64,000 nucleotides of DNA from the human T2T-CHM13v2.0 reference genome, Homo sapiens, in the NCBI RefSeq assembly GCF_009914755.1, contig NC_060938.1; one strand, written 5' to 3'. Below are positions 1 through 14,812 of this stretch, piece by piece. Under the pieces are notes generated by a model. That model worked only from the letters and a program-made list of their open reading frames with translations. It searched no databases and was not told where the DNA came from. Position 1 is the stretch's first letter. The number at the start of each line of letters is the position of its first letter. Made by a program: the position numbers and the translations under genes.

Positions 1-2185
1 AAAAGATTAAACTGATACATAAAAATCATTAAACAGTGATAATTTAGACATTGGATGAAAAAAAAACGATCTAAGTCCCTAATATGGATGTAAAATGAGA
101 GGGGCAGAGAAGAAAAAGAAATAATAAAGTGAAATTTGGTTTTAAATACTTAGGAAGCAAAACACCCAAAATTAGGAGAGAAAAAAACCAACAACTTAGC
201 ATCCATAGTCTCTTAGAAGATACTACCAAGTGAAGACTTTTTAAAAATTTTAATTTTGTGGGGTACATAGTAGTGGATATATTTATGGGGCATGTGAGAT
301 ATTTTGATACAGGCATACAATGGGTAATAATCACATCAGGGTAAATGGGTATCCATCACTTCAAGCATTCATCATTTCTTTGTGTTACAGACATTCCAAT
401 TGTATTCCCTAATTTATTCTAAAATGTACAACAAATTATTGCTGATTGTAATCACCCTGTTGTGCTATCTAGATCTTATCCATTGTATCTAACTATATTT
501 TGGGGTACCCATTAACCATCCCTATTTCCCACTCCCCCTACCCACCCTCTCCACCCTCTGGTAACCATCATTCTACCATCTTTATCTCCGTGAGTTCAAT
601 TGTTTTAATTTTTAGCTCCCACAAATAAGTGAGAACATGCAAAGTTTGTCTTTTTGTGCCTGGCTTATTTCATTTAACAGTGTCTTCCAGTTCCATCCAT
701 GTTGTTGCAAATGACAGGATCTCATTCTTTTTTATAGCTGATCAGTACTCCATTGTATATATGTACCCCATTTTCTTTATTCATCTGCTGATGGACACTC
801 AGGTTGATAATGCTGCAATACACATGGAAGTGCAGATATCTCTTCAATATACTGATTTCCTTTCTTTTGGATATACACCTAGTAGAGGCATTGCTGGATC
901 ATACGTAGTTCTGTCTTTAGTTTTTTGAAGAACCTCCATACTATTCTGCATAGTGGCTATGCCAATTTACATTCCCACCAATAGCGAACAAGTGTTCCCC
1001 TTTCTCCACATCCTCACCAGCATTCATTATTGCCTGTCTTTTGGATAAAAGCCGTATTAACTGGGAAGAGATGATATCTCATTATAGTTTTGATTTGCAT
1101 TTATCTGATGATCAATAATGATGAGCACCTTTTCACATACTTGTTTACCATTTGTATGTCTTCCCTTGAGACACATCTATTCAGATCTTTTACCCATTTT
1201 TAAATTAGATTGTTTTATGTTTTTTCCTATAGAGTTGTTTATATAGTCTGGTTATTAATCCCTTCTCAGATGCATAGTTTGCAAATATTTTCTCCCATAC
1301 CTTGGATTCTCTTCATTTTCTTGATTGTTTCCTTTGTTAGGCGAAGCTTTTTAACTTGATATGATCCCATTTGTTTACTTTTTCATTGGTTGCCTGTGTT
1401 TGTGGAGTATTACTCAAGAAATCTTTGCCCAGTCCAATGTCCTGGAGAGTTTTCCCAATGTTTCCTTTTAGTGGTTTCATAGTTTCAAGTCTTAGATTTA
1501 AGTATGTAAGTCTTTAATCCATTTTGATTTGATTTTTTATATATGGCAAGAGATAGGTGTCTAGTTTTAATAATCTGCATATGGATATCCAGTTTTCCCA
1601 GCACCATTTATTGAAGAGACTGTCCTTTCCCCAATGTATGTTCTTGACCCCTTTGTCAAAATGAGCTTACTGTACTTATATGGATTTGTTTCTAGGTTCT
1701 CTATTCTATTCCATTGGTCTATGTATCTGTTTTTATGCCAGTACCATGATGTATTAGCTACTATAGCTCTGTAGTATAATTTGAAGTCAGGTAGTGTGAT
1801 TCTTCCAGTTTTGTTTTTATTTTTGCTTAGGATAGCTTTGGTTATTCTAGGTCTTTTGTGGTTCCATATAAATGTTATGATTATTTTTTCTGTTTCTGTG
1901 AAGGTATTTTGATAGGGATTGCATTGAGTCCATAGATTGCTTTGGGAAGTATGGACATTTTAACGATATTGATTCTTCCAATCCATGAATACGGAATGTC
2001 TTTCCTTTTTGTGTGTGTCCACTTCAATTTCTTGCAAAAATGTTTTATACTTCATCATAGAAATCTTTTACTTCTTTGGTTAAATTTATTCCTATGTGTT
2101 TTCTTTGTAGCTATTGTAAATGGGATTACTTTCTTAATTTCTTTTTCATATTGTTCACTGTTGGCATATAGAAATGCTGCTAATT

Positions 2186-2566
<381 letters not shown>

Positions 2567-4168
2567 TTAGGTTTTTCCAAATATTGTATCATCAGCAAAC
2601 CAGGATAATTTGATCTCTTCCTTTCCAATTTGGGTGCTGTTTATATCTTTCTGTTGTCTGACTGCTCTAGCTAGCACTTCCAATGCTATGTTGAATAACA
2701 GTGGTAAAAGTGAGCATCTTTGTCATGTTCCAGATCTTAGAGGAAATGCTTTCAGTTTTTCCCCATTCAGTATGATACTAGATGTGGGTCTGTTGCATAT
2801 AGCTTTTATTATGTTGAGGAACGTTCCTTCTATACCCAGTTTTTTTAGGGTTTTTATCATGAAGCAATTGAATTTCGTCAAATGCTTTTTCAGCATCAAG
2901 TGAAGTGATCATACGGTTTTTGTCATTCATTCTGTAGATATGATGTATCACATTGATTGATTTGCCTATGTTGAACCATCCTTCCATCCCTGGGATGAAT
3001 CGCACTTGGTCATGATGAATGATGTTTTTAATGTGTTTCTGAATTTGGTGTACTAGCATTTTGTTGAGGATTTTTACATCAATGTTAATCAGATATTGGC
3101 CTGTAGTTTTCTTTTTATGATGTGTCTTTGTCTGGTTTTAGTATCAGGGTAATACTGACCTTGTAGAATGAGTATAGAAGTATTCCTTCCTTCTCTATTT
3201 TTCAGAATAGTTTGAGTAGGATTGGTATCGGTTCTTCTTTAAATATTTTGTAGACTTCAGCAGTGAAGGTATTGGTTCTTTTCTTTGCTGGGAGACTTTT
3301 TATTATGGCTTCAATCTCATTACTTATTGCTGTATTCAGGTTTTGGATTTCTTCATGGTTCAATCTTGGTAGGTTGTATGCATCTAGGAATTTATCCACT
3401 ACTTCTAGGTTTTCCAACTTATTGGCATATAGTTGCTCATAGTAGTCTGTAATGATACTTTGAATTTTTGTGGTATAATCATGATGTCTCCTTTTTCATC
3501 TCTGATTTTATTTATTTGGGTATTCTCTCTTTTCTTCTTTGGCTAAAGATTTGGCAATTTTGTTTATCTTTCTTAGAAAAACAACTTTTCATTTTGTTGA
3601 TCTTTTGTACTGTTTTTTGTTTGTCTTAATTTCATTTATTGCTGCTCTGATCTTTATTTCTGTTCTTCTACTAATTTGGGCTTGATTTTCTCTAGCTTTT
3701 CTAGTTCTTTATCATGTGTCATTAGGTTGTTTATTTGTAGTTTTTCTACTTTTTTGATGTAGGTGCTTATTGGTATAAACTTTCCTCTTAGTACTGTTTT
3801 GCCTATCCCATAGGTTTTGGTGTTTTGTGTTTCCATATTCATTTGCTTCAAGACATTATTAATTTGCTTCTTAATGTCTTCAGTGACCCACTGGTCTTTC
3901 AGGAGCATATTGTTTAATTTCCGTATGTTTGTATCATTTCCAAAGTTTTTTTTATTGATTTCTAGTTTTATGCTGTTGTGGGTTAGATAAGATACATATG
4001 ATTTCAGTTTTTTTAAAGACTTGTTTTGTGGCCTAACATATCGTCTGTCCTTGAGAATGATTCGTGTGCTGAGGAGAAGAATGTGTATTCTGCAGCCATT
4101 GGATGAAATATTCCATAAGTATCTATTAGATCTATTTGATCTGTAATAGAGATTAAGTCCAATGTTTC

Positions 4169-4458
<290 letters not shown>

Positions 4459-4817
4459 TCAATGTTTCTTTATTAATTTTCTGTCTGGAGAATCTGTCCA
4501 ATGTTTAAAGTGGGGTGTTGAAGTCTCCAGCTATTGGCATATTAGGGTCTGTCTCTCTCTTTAGTTCTAATAATATAATAATATTTGTTTTATATGTCTG
4601 GATGCTCTGGTGTTGGTTGCATATATGTTTACAATTGTCATATCCTCTTGCTGAATTGATTCCTTTATCATTATAAAATGACCTTCCTTGTCTCTTTTTA
4701 TAGTGTTTGTCTTAAAATCTATTTTTTCTGATCTAAGTATAGCTACTGCTACTCTTTTTGGGTTTCCACTTGCATGGTATATCTTTTTCCATCCCTTTAT
4801 TCTCAGTCTGTGTGTGC

Positions 4818-5124
4818 TTTTTTTTTTTCTTTTTTTCTTTTTTGAGATGGAGTGTCACTCTTTCGCCCAGGCCGGACTGCAGTGGCGCTATCTTGGCTCA
4901 CTGCAGTCTCTGCCTCCCGGGTTCACGCCATTCTCCTGCCTCAGCCTCCTGAGTAGCTGGGATTACAGGCGCCCGCCACCACGCCCGGCTAATTTTTTGT
5001 ATTTTTAGTAGAGACGGGGTTTCACCGTGTTAGCCAAGATGGTCTCGATCTCCTGACCACATGATCCGCCCGCCTCGGCCTCCCAAAGTCCTGGGATTAC
5101 AGGCGTGAGCCACCGCGCCCGGCC
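4818..5124 (-). mobile_element. AluY-like
   Basis: CpG-rich reverse Alu (gggttcacgccattctcctgcc, accgtgttagcca); TSD gtctgtgtgtg. Confidence 0.93.
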
Positions 5125-5639
5125 GTCTGTGTGTGTTTTTATAAGTGAAGTGTGTTTCTTGTGACCAACAGATTGTTAGGTCTTGTTTTCTAATCCATTC
5201 AGCCATTCTGTGTCTTTTGATTGGAGAGTTAAGTTCATTTACATTCAGTGTTATTATTGATAAGTAAGGACTTACTATTGCCATTTTATTATTTGTTTTG
5301 TTTTGTTTTTTTCTAGTTCTTTGTGGTCTTCTCTTTCTTCCTTCCTTCCTGTCTTTCTTTTTGTGAAAGTGTTTTTCTCTGGTTATATGTTTTAATTTCT
5401 TACTTTATATTTTTTGTGGAACTATTGTTAGTTTTTTGGTTTGAGGTTACCATGAGCCTTGCAAATACTATCTTATAACCCATTATTTTAAACCAATGAC
5501 AACTTAACTTTGATTGCTAGGAGTTAAGAGCAAAGAGACAACTGATAAAAACTCTACACTTTAAATTCATCCCCCCAGTTTTAAACATTTTATTTTTTCT
5601 ATCTATATTTTATAATAGTATGTCTCAAAAAGTTGTAGG

Positions 5640-5933
5640 TTTTTTTTTTTTTTTTTTGAGACAGGGTCTCACTGTGTTGCCCAGGCTGGAGTGTAATGGT
5701 ATAATCACGGCTCAGTGTAGCCTTGGCCTCTTGGGCTAAATCAGTCCTCACATCTCAGTCTCCCAAGTAGCTGGGACTACAGGCACGCAACACCATGACC
5801 AACTAATTTTTGTATTTTTTGTAAAGACAGGGTTTCACTATTTTGCCCAGGCTTGTCTCAAACTCCTGGGCTCAAGCGATCCACCCACCTTGCCCTGTCT
5901 AGGTGCTAGATCACAGGCATGAGCTACCATGCC
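5640..5933 (-). mobile_element. AluJ
   Basis: Diverged reverse Alu with J-type ctcctgggctcaagcgatcc. Confidence 0.92.
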
Positions 5934-7554
5934 TATAGTTATTATTTTTTAGATCATCTCTTAGTTGTCCTACTCAAGATATGAGATGAGTAATTTATAC
6001 ATCACACTTAACAGTGTATAATATTCTGTGTTTGTCTGTGTATTTATTGTTACCAGAGAGTTTGGGGCCTTCAGATGATTTCTTATTTCTCTTTAATATT
6101 CTTTTATTTCAGAGTGAAGAACTTCCTTTAGCATTTCTTGTAAAATAGGTCTGGTGTTGATGAAACCCCTCAGCTTTTGTTTATCTGGGAAGGTCTTTAT
6201 TTCTCCTTCATGTTTGAAGGACATTTTCACAGGATATAATTTTGTAGGATAAAAGTTTTTTTCCTTCAGCAGTTTAAAATTTGCCATTCTCTCCCAGCCT
6301 GTAAGGTTTCCACTGAGAAATCTGCTGCCAGACATATTGGACCTCCTTTATATGTTATCTGTTATTTTTCTCTTGATGCTTTTAGGATCCTTTCTTTATC
6401 CTTGATCTTTGGGAGCTTGATTATTAAGTGTCTTGAGGTGGTCTTCTTTGGGGTAAATCTGCTTAGTGTTCTGTAGCCTTCGTGTACTTGAATATTGATA
6501 TCTTTCTCTATGTTTTGAAAGATCTTTGTTAATATCTCTTTGAATAACCTTTCTACCCTGATCTCAGTCTCTCTCTCTCTCTCTACCTTTTCTTTAAGGC
6601 CAATACCTCTTACTGCCCTTTGAGGCTATTTTCTAGATCCTATAGGTGTGCTTCATTATTTTTTATTCTTTTTTCTTTTGACTATTCTGACTGTATTTTC
6701 AAATAGCCTGTCTTCAAGCTTACTAATTTTTTTCTGCTTAATCAGTTATGCTGTTGAAAGACTCTGGTATATTCTTCAGTTTGTCAATTCAGTTTTCAGC
6801 TCCAGAATTTCTGCTTGATTGATTTTAATTATTTCAGTCTCTTAGTTAAATTTATCTGATATGATTCTGAGTTCATTCTCTGTGTTATCTTTCATTTTGT
6901 TGAGCTTCCTCAAAACAACTATTTCTAATTCTCTGTCTAAAAGGTCACATATCTCTGTTACTACAGACTTGGTCACTGGTGCCTTATTTAGTTCATTTAG
7001 CAAAGCCATGCTTTTGTGGATGGTCTTCATGCTTGTGGCTGTTCATCAGTATCTGAATATTTATTCTAATCTTTGAAGTCTAGGCTTGTTTGTACCCATC
7101 CTTCTTGGGAAGGCTTTCCAAATACTCAAAGGGAATTAAATGTTGTGATCTAAGTCTGGTCACTGAGGCCATATGTGCATTAGGGGGCACCCCAACTCTA
7201 GTAATGCTGTGAGTCTTGCAGAGGTACTCTGACTCTTATAGAGGTACTGCCGTGGTGGTCTTAAATAAGATCCAGGAGAATTCCCTAGATTACCAGGCAG
7301 AGTCTTGTTCTTTTCCCTTACTTTTCCCCAAACAAACTTAATCTCCCTCTTCATGCTGAACTGCCTGGAGTTGGGGAAGGGTTAATGGAAGCACTCTTGT
7401 GGCCACCACCACTGGTACTGTGTTGGGTCACTCCTAAAACCAGCCCAGTACTGGGTCTTGCCCAAGGCCTGTGGCAACTATTTTCTGGCTGCTGCTTGTG
7501 TTTACTGAAAGACCAAGGGATCTTTAGTCAGCAGGTGGGGAATCCTGCCAAGAC

Positions 7555-7595
<41 letters not shown>

Positions 7596-8639
7596 CAGTG
7601 CAGCAGGTCCCCTTCTGGCCCAAGGTGGGTTTAGAAATGCCGTCCAAGAGCTAGGGCCTGGGATGGGAGGCTTTAGGAATCTTCTTGGTGTTTATTTTAC
7701 CAGGTTGCAAGACAAAGTCCTCTTTACTTTTCCTTCTCCTTTCCTCAAGCAGAAGTCTCTCCCTATGGCCATTATCACTCTAGGCTCAGGGCAGCTACCG
7801 CTTGGCTGCCACTGATGTTTATTCAAGGCCCAAGGGCTTTTTAGTCACCACTGGTGAGTCCTGCGAGGCCTGTATCTCTCCCTTCAGGACAGTGAATGCC
7901 TTTCTGGCCCAAGGCAAGTCTAGACATGCCCTCCAGGAGCTAAGGTTAAGATTAGTACATCAAAAATTATTTGAGTGACCCATTTTTCAGTTCTCCCAAG
8001 GATTGTACACAACTAATACCATTCTAGATGCATAGGAGATAAGTTAATTATTAGGGTTTAATTCTTTGGAGGAACTAGTTGAGAATGATTGTAAAACTGT
8101 TCTAACTGGATGTTCTCATATAGCATCAGTGAAGACTTTCTCATTGATTAACTATTTATTAGCTGGTATTTAACAGTCCTTTGTAAATAGTAATTGGTCT
8201 TTTGACAGATGTTCAGTTTTATAAGTAGACTCACATGTTTATGTTTCCTGTGACAAATGACAGTTAACAACATATCAAAGAGTATAATGTTGTTCTTCAG
8301 ACTGGGCATCTATCTATACAGTAGAATGAAAAGGAAGAAATAGGTAACAGAAAATAATGAAAAGAAGGCCTTGATGCTTCTGAAGAAGTTATGTTAACTT
8401 TGAATGCTTCTCTAGCACTAACTTTATTAATGAGTCCCACTGGTTCTGAATGACCTGGTGTGTTGTCAGTGTGTCAGAAGACCTCTATGTGAGAACAGTC
8501 ATTTGGAATATCTATATATACTATTTGGCTTACTTTTACAAGTTTTACCTATGTAAAATTAATATTGAAAGGGAGCACCTGATTACCTATTAGAAAGAAA
8601 AATTACAATTTCCCTCAGCTGGTCACAATCTGAGGCATG

Positions 8640-8850
8640 TGAAGCAATGTGGAATAATGTTAAAATCTTGTATTTAGAGACGGAAAACCTGGATATAAGC
8701 CCTTACCTCACCACTTAATAATTCGGACAAGTTACTTAAAATTTAAGCTTCAGTTCTCATCTATAAAATGGAAATAATAATTATCCTGTATCTCACAACA
8801 GATTATTATTTTTAGTACAGGAGATGACATATATGAGGAAATTTTTATAA
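8640..8850 (+). mobile_element. MIR fragment
   Basis: MIR core-like ggacaagttacttaa...cttcagttctcatctataaaatggaaataataa. Confidence 0.65.
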
Positions 8851-8970
8851 ACTTTGTAAATTAAGAATTAAGTATTTGCAGAATTCTTTCAAGGTACCAA
8901 ACACTATCCTCACTGCTCAGAATACAAATATAAACAGGTTGTTCCAGCCCATAAAAAGTTCACAGTCTAG

Positions 8971-9272
8971 GGCCTGGGTGCAGTTTCTCATGCCTGTAAT
9001 ACCAGCACTTTGGGAGGCTGAGGTGGGCAGATGTCTTAAACCCAGGAGTTTGAGACCAACCCGGGCAACATGGCAAAACCCCATCTCTACTGAAAAATAA
9101 AAAATTAGCCAGACGTTGTGGCACATGCCTGTAGTCCCAGCTACTTGGGAGGCTGAGGTGGAAGAATCACTTGAGCCCAGGAGGTTGAGGTTGCAGTGAG
9201 CTGTGATCATACTACTGCACTTCAACCCAGGTGACAGAGCAAGACTCTGTCTCAAAAAAAAAAAAAAAAAAA
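8971..9272 (+). mobile_element. AluJ
   Basis: Full Alu with A tail; TSD agttcacag(t/c)ctag. Confidence 0.95.
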
Positions 9273-9479
9273 GAGTTCACAGCCTAGCTGAAGAGTTGCT
9301 TTTTTAAATTACTTCTTTACCTTCCTAACTCAGTTATCTACTTCTAGTAATCAAAAAGTGAAACTTGGTCAATGTACTGACTGTTCAGTAGTTACTAATG
9401 AGCTCATTGCTACTTATTGCAAAATTAATCAGCTTGCTATTTCAGGAGATAGAGACTTAAGAAATTCCTCTTGTAATTG

Positions 9480-10000
9480 ACATTTGTTCGTTGTCTGTCC
9501 AGCAGTCATTTTCCATTCCCTCTTCCTAGCACTGTACCACATTTCCCAGTCATGTAGTTTGGGTGGAATTGATTAAACCTCCAGTGTAGGTTGTCTTAAT
9601 ACTGTATAATCAACATACCCATTTCACCTAGCCACAGTCATTAGTTAAAGGATCATGTAATTCAAAGCAGTCAGAGCCAGTGGATTTCATCTCTTATATT
9701 TTAATTTAACTACTGGGGGACACAGATTCTCTGTTTCCTGCTGAACATGAATGAGGAAATATACAACCCCAAGAATTACGTCTTGGGACCGTGAATGGAA
9801 TGCCTGCTATGATGGAACTAGCATAAGAAACAATCCTGAGAAACAGAAGTTTAAAAGAGATACTGGGTCCCAGTAACATTTTGTGAACCACTCATTCAAG
9901 CCCTTCTTGAACTATACAGACTGCTTGACTTTTTGGTTACATGAGCCAATAAGCTAATAGAGATAACTGTTGTCCATAACTAAAAAGTATCTTAACTATT
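9480..10000 (+). mobile_element. Ancient ERVL-type solo LTR fragment (LTR16-like)
   Basis: Motifs catgtagtttgggtggaattga and gttacatgagccaataa resemble the LTR16/MLT1 families; highly diverged. Confidence 0.4.
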
Positions 10001-10539
10001 ATAATATACCTGAATAAGTACTGTATCATCAAAGAAATAAGACATTTTCCTAATAATGACTAAAATGTATCAAATAGGAATCCCTGAAGTTTCATATTTC
10101 AGTAAAAAAACCTGATTCAAGAGGATAGAGGGTTGGAAAATGTGACTTAAAGGAGGAAGAGGATGAAAATAAATCCTGCTCCTCTGTATTTATAAAATAA
10201 ATGAAGATATTTTCAGAGAGACTGGATCCAAATCTGAAGGTGACAACTTATGCTTTGCAGCCTCAAGGCAACTGATAGGTTCAAAACTCAAAGTAATAAT
10301 ATTAACAACAGGCAAAGAAAGAATTTAAGACAAAGAGGGAAGCTATCCTTGGAGATTTGTAATAGGAAATCTCATTTCACTGACAGAAATTAAATCTTCT
10401 GGAGAAATCCAAAACAATAATGATGCTCCCTAAGCTGTATTGTATGAAAGAACATCTACTGATTGCCCTGGGAAGAAAAAGAGTTGGTGACTTCTTCTTG
10501 GTAAATGATACGGAAAAAACAATATTTTTATCCATATCA

Positions 10540-10885
10540 TTTGTATATATATTATATATATATGTGTGTGTGTGAATATATATATGTGTATATGTATATA
10601 TATGTATATGTGTGTGTTTTTATATATATATAAAACAAACATGCTGTATGTTATGTTTATCAAACATGTACATATACATGTATACACCACCGCATGGTGG
10701 CTGGCACCTATAATCCCAGCTACTTGGGAGGCTGAGGCAGGAGAATCACTTAACATATATGTGTATACGTGTGTTTATGTATACGTATACATGTGTTTAT
10801 ATGTATACATGTATACGTATACATGTGTTTATGTGCACGTATACATGTGTTTATGTATACATATATATTAAAACTATATATATAC
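10540..10885. repeat. (TA/TG)-rich low-complexity microsatellite with an embedded ~65-bp Alu right-arm fragment (~10690-10752)
   Basis: tatatgtgt/gtatacatgtgtttat units flank ggtggctggcacctataatcccagctacttgggaggctgaggcaggagaatcactt. Confidence 0.85.
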
Positions 10886-11209
10886 AGTTTTATTGTTTCC
10901 TTTTATCCATGAGGATTTTGAGATATTAAAATAATTATATTAATTGAATACCAATCATTCTCTAAGCATTTTATATATATCAGCTCTTTACGTAAATCCT
11001 CATTTTGCTTGTAAGAAATCTGAAGCTCATGGTAGTTAAGAACATGGAACTACTTAGTGGCTGAACTGGTATTCAAGTCTAGGCAGTCTGATTCTAAGAT
11101 GGGAATTCTTGACTACTCTGCTATAGCACCTTTCATAAAAGAAAAAGTAAAAGAAGACATTTTGGGAGGTGACAAACTAATTATAAACTCTCCTCAAAAA
11201 TGAGAATTG

Positions 11210-11543
<334 letters not shown>

Positions 11544-12127
11544 TTAAGTGATAAGATGCACTGCCCAATCTAAGAATTGTAAACAATCGAATGTCGAATG
11601 TGTTTACTCTGGAAGTTTACTGATCCAAGCAAAAAAGCTTTAAGCTATAAACATCTGTGGAGTAAGAAGAATATATAGATAAATCAATATAATGAAATAC
11701 TTTGGAGAATACAGTATGATACATGTTAAAAGATAGTTTTATAAAGGTTGAGTTATAACACTTAGAAGTATAAAATAAATATGTGCCAAAGATTTTATTT
11801 AACTTATTAAATAATGAGAGAACTAGTAAGCTGTTACACCAATTCAAACAAGAATGGAAAGGACACAGACATATGTCAACAGTCATGAAGACTGGAATGA
11901 ATTTATAAATAGAAAATTTGTGCAAGATATACAGGCCAATGAGTAGTTGCTCCTGATCAGGACTAAACTTATTTGCATTTCTATGGACAGGAATCATTAC
12001 TTACATTATTATTAGTTTTCTTCAACTTGCAAAGTTGTAAAATCGTGTAAAACAATGAAAAGTACAGATAACTCAGAAGGATATACAAGTCAGGGCATTC
12101 TAGTAATCTTAGTAATCGTGAAGATAA

Positions 12128-12418
12128 TTTTTTTTTCCAGACAGGAGCTTGCTGTCACCCATGTCGGAGTGCAGTGGCACAATCACAGCTTACTGCAGCC
12201 TCTACCTTCTAGGCTCAAACAATTATCCTGCTTCAGCTGCCCAAGTAGCTGGGGACTACAGGCACACAGCACCATGCCCAGCTAATTTTTGTATTTTTTG
12301 TAAAGACAGGGTTTCATCATGTTGCCCAGGCTAGTCTCAAACTCCTGGATTCAAGCAATCCACCCTCCTCAACCTCCCAAAGTGTTAGCATTACAGGCAT
12401 GAGCCACAGAGCCTGGCC
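12128..12418 (-). mobile_element. AluJ
   Basis: Diverged reverse Alu. Confidence 0.92.
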
Positions 12419-12423
12419 TCTAA

Positions 12424-12790
<367 letters not shown>

Positions 12791-12829
12791 GCAAGATTAT
12801 TAATTAACCAGATATCCTCCTTAAGTTTG

Positions 12830-13990
12830 TTTTACAAATAAGAAGACCACAAAATTAATTTTTGTCTGGAAATTTTCTTAGGGAATCTCAGATTCTATTA
12901 GGTTGTTAAAAAAGTAATTGCGGTTTTTGCCATTACTTAATACTTTTAAAGGTCTCTATTTTTGCCAACCCAAGATTAGTAAACTATGCCCAAGAAACTT
13001 CACCATCATCATCATTTTGGTAAGTTCCTCTCTTCTCCAGGTCACCAAAATTTTATTCCCACATGTAAGTGATCTTCCTTACCACATAAAAGGCTGAAAC
13101 CTTCTGCTCCAGGTACTAGGTTGGTTTCTCTGGGAGGGCATTGTCACCATTGGCTTCAGGAGTACAGCCAATATTTTTTTCTTCAAAGTGGTAGTGATAT
13201 TTGATTAGATGACCATCATTCTCAAATATATCTCCAGGTAAGGCCTTGGTTGCACAATCAGTTTGTACAATTATATCCTGTTTAAAAGGAAGACATTCTT
13301 ATTAGGATTGCAAATAACTATACTGTCAAGAAAAGTTAGGAAATTACTAAGAGTTTCTGAATTTGGAGGAAGTCAGAATCAAATATTATTTTGAAATGTT
13401 TCATATTAGTTTAAGAAATCAGGGTCTACTAAATTGTGTGGGTTACATATAGCTTAAAAAGAAGAAAAAGAGCTTCCTCATGTATCCAGAAAATAGAACA
13501 TTTAAAACAACCAGTGTCAATACTACTCCAAACAAATAGGAAAAGAAATTTCCTTCTGTATTCCTTTTTCATTCTGTGTTGATTCAGTCCTGTGATAATT
13601 AATTATTATTCAAATAAGCCTTGGCTTAGCAGTCTGCTTTCATGAAACTTTCTGCTTCTGGCCTGAGAGAGTTTTAGAAATTCTAACTCAGTCCACTGTT
13701 TAGGTCCAAAAGTTGTCCAAGCAGAAGTCTACTCATGAGTCTATTCTTTCAAGTATTAGTACTTTGAAGTATTTGGTACAATTCTTTCCATGAAGCTTTT
13801 GAAACTATCTCTGTTGAACACACAAACTCTGGCCTATAGCTTAATAAGCATAATCTTCAGGTAAACATCAAAATTTGTTCATAGATGACAGACTATTGTT
13901 AATTGTAACCAATAATATCAAAATGCAAGAGGTTAAAATTCTTTCCACTGGGGGATAACTATTTCAAAAGAGTTTTGATCAGTATCCCCT
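12830..13990 (-). mobile_element. Old ERV1 (MER4-group) internal fragment
   Basis: 13298-13380 (ttattaggattgcaaataactatactgtc...gagtttctgaattt) resembles the ERV internal segment at 16853-16930. Confidence 0.45.
12898..12942. mobile_element. MADE1 (Hsmar1 MITE) half element
   Basis: ttaggttgttaaaaaagtaattgcggtttttgccatta matches the Hsmar1 TIR; preceded by TA. Confidence 0.8.
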
Positions 13991-14007
13991 TAAACTAAAA
14001 ACTCTTG

Positions 14008-14479
14008 CAAATATGGTCAAATGATTTTTGACCAGGGAACCAAGACCATTCAGTGGGGAAGACAGTCTTTTCAAAAAATGGTCCTGGGAAAACTGGATAT
14101 TCACATGCAAAAGAATTAATTTGAACTTTTATCTAACACCATATACAAAAATTAATTCAAAATGGATCAGAGACCTAAAGCTAAGACCCACAATACAACT
14201 CTTGGAGTCAAAACTTTATGACATTGGATTTGGCAGTGATTTTCTTGGACATGACACCAAAGGCACTGGCAACAACAGCAAAAAGTACACAAATTAGACT
14301 GCATGGGAATTTTAAATCTTTGCACATCCAAAGATTCTATGAACAGAGAAAAAGGCAGTCCACAGAATGGGAGAAAATATTTGCAAATTATATACCTGAT
14401 AAGAGATTAATATCCAGAATATACAGAGAACTCCTAAAACTCAACAGAAAAACAACCTGATTCAAAAATGAGCAAAGAT
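14008..14479 (+). mobile_element. Old L1M ORF2 fragment (continues at ~20770-20830)
   Basis: ORFs 14028-14297 (SLFKKWSWENW...LTPYTKINSKWIRDL) and 14218-14460 (TEWEKIFANY...LISRIYREL) are L1 ORF2p-like. Confidence 0.88.
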
Positions 14480-14812
14480 TGTTGTAGAAAAAAAACAGGT
14501 TCTTGTCACAAGACCAGAATAATTTAGGCATGTGGACACATTGTAGGGTGAGTAGGGCAGGATTTATTGGATGAAAAGGAAAAAAAAAGGGAAATTGGAA
14601 CTCCTGGCAAAGCAAGAGAGAATCCTGCTAGCAGGTTTCCTGCCTCACAGATTTAATTGCAGGCCACCCCACACGCAAGCTGAAGACCCCAGGCTCCTCC
14701 CCTCTGCAAATGGTGTGGGATTCCAAACTTCCCGTAACTCCACCCCATCCTCCCCGTGCCAGTCAGAGATTCTCCAGGGATCCTCTGCCTTATCTGCCTC
14801 CTGCATCTATCA
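14480..14812 (-). repeat. 3' LTR of the ERV
   Basis: tgttgtagaaaaaaaacagg...cctcctgcatctatca; the adjacent ttccccctct is the PPT (agagggggaa) on the minus strand. Confidence 0.9.
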
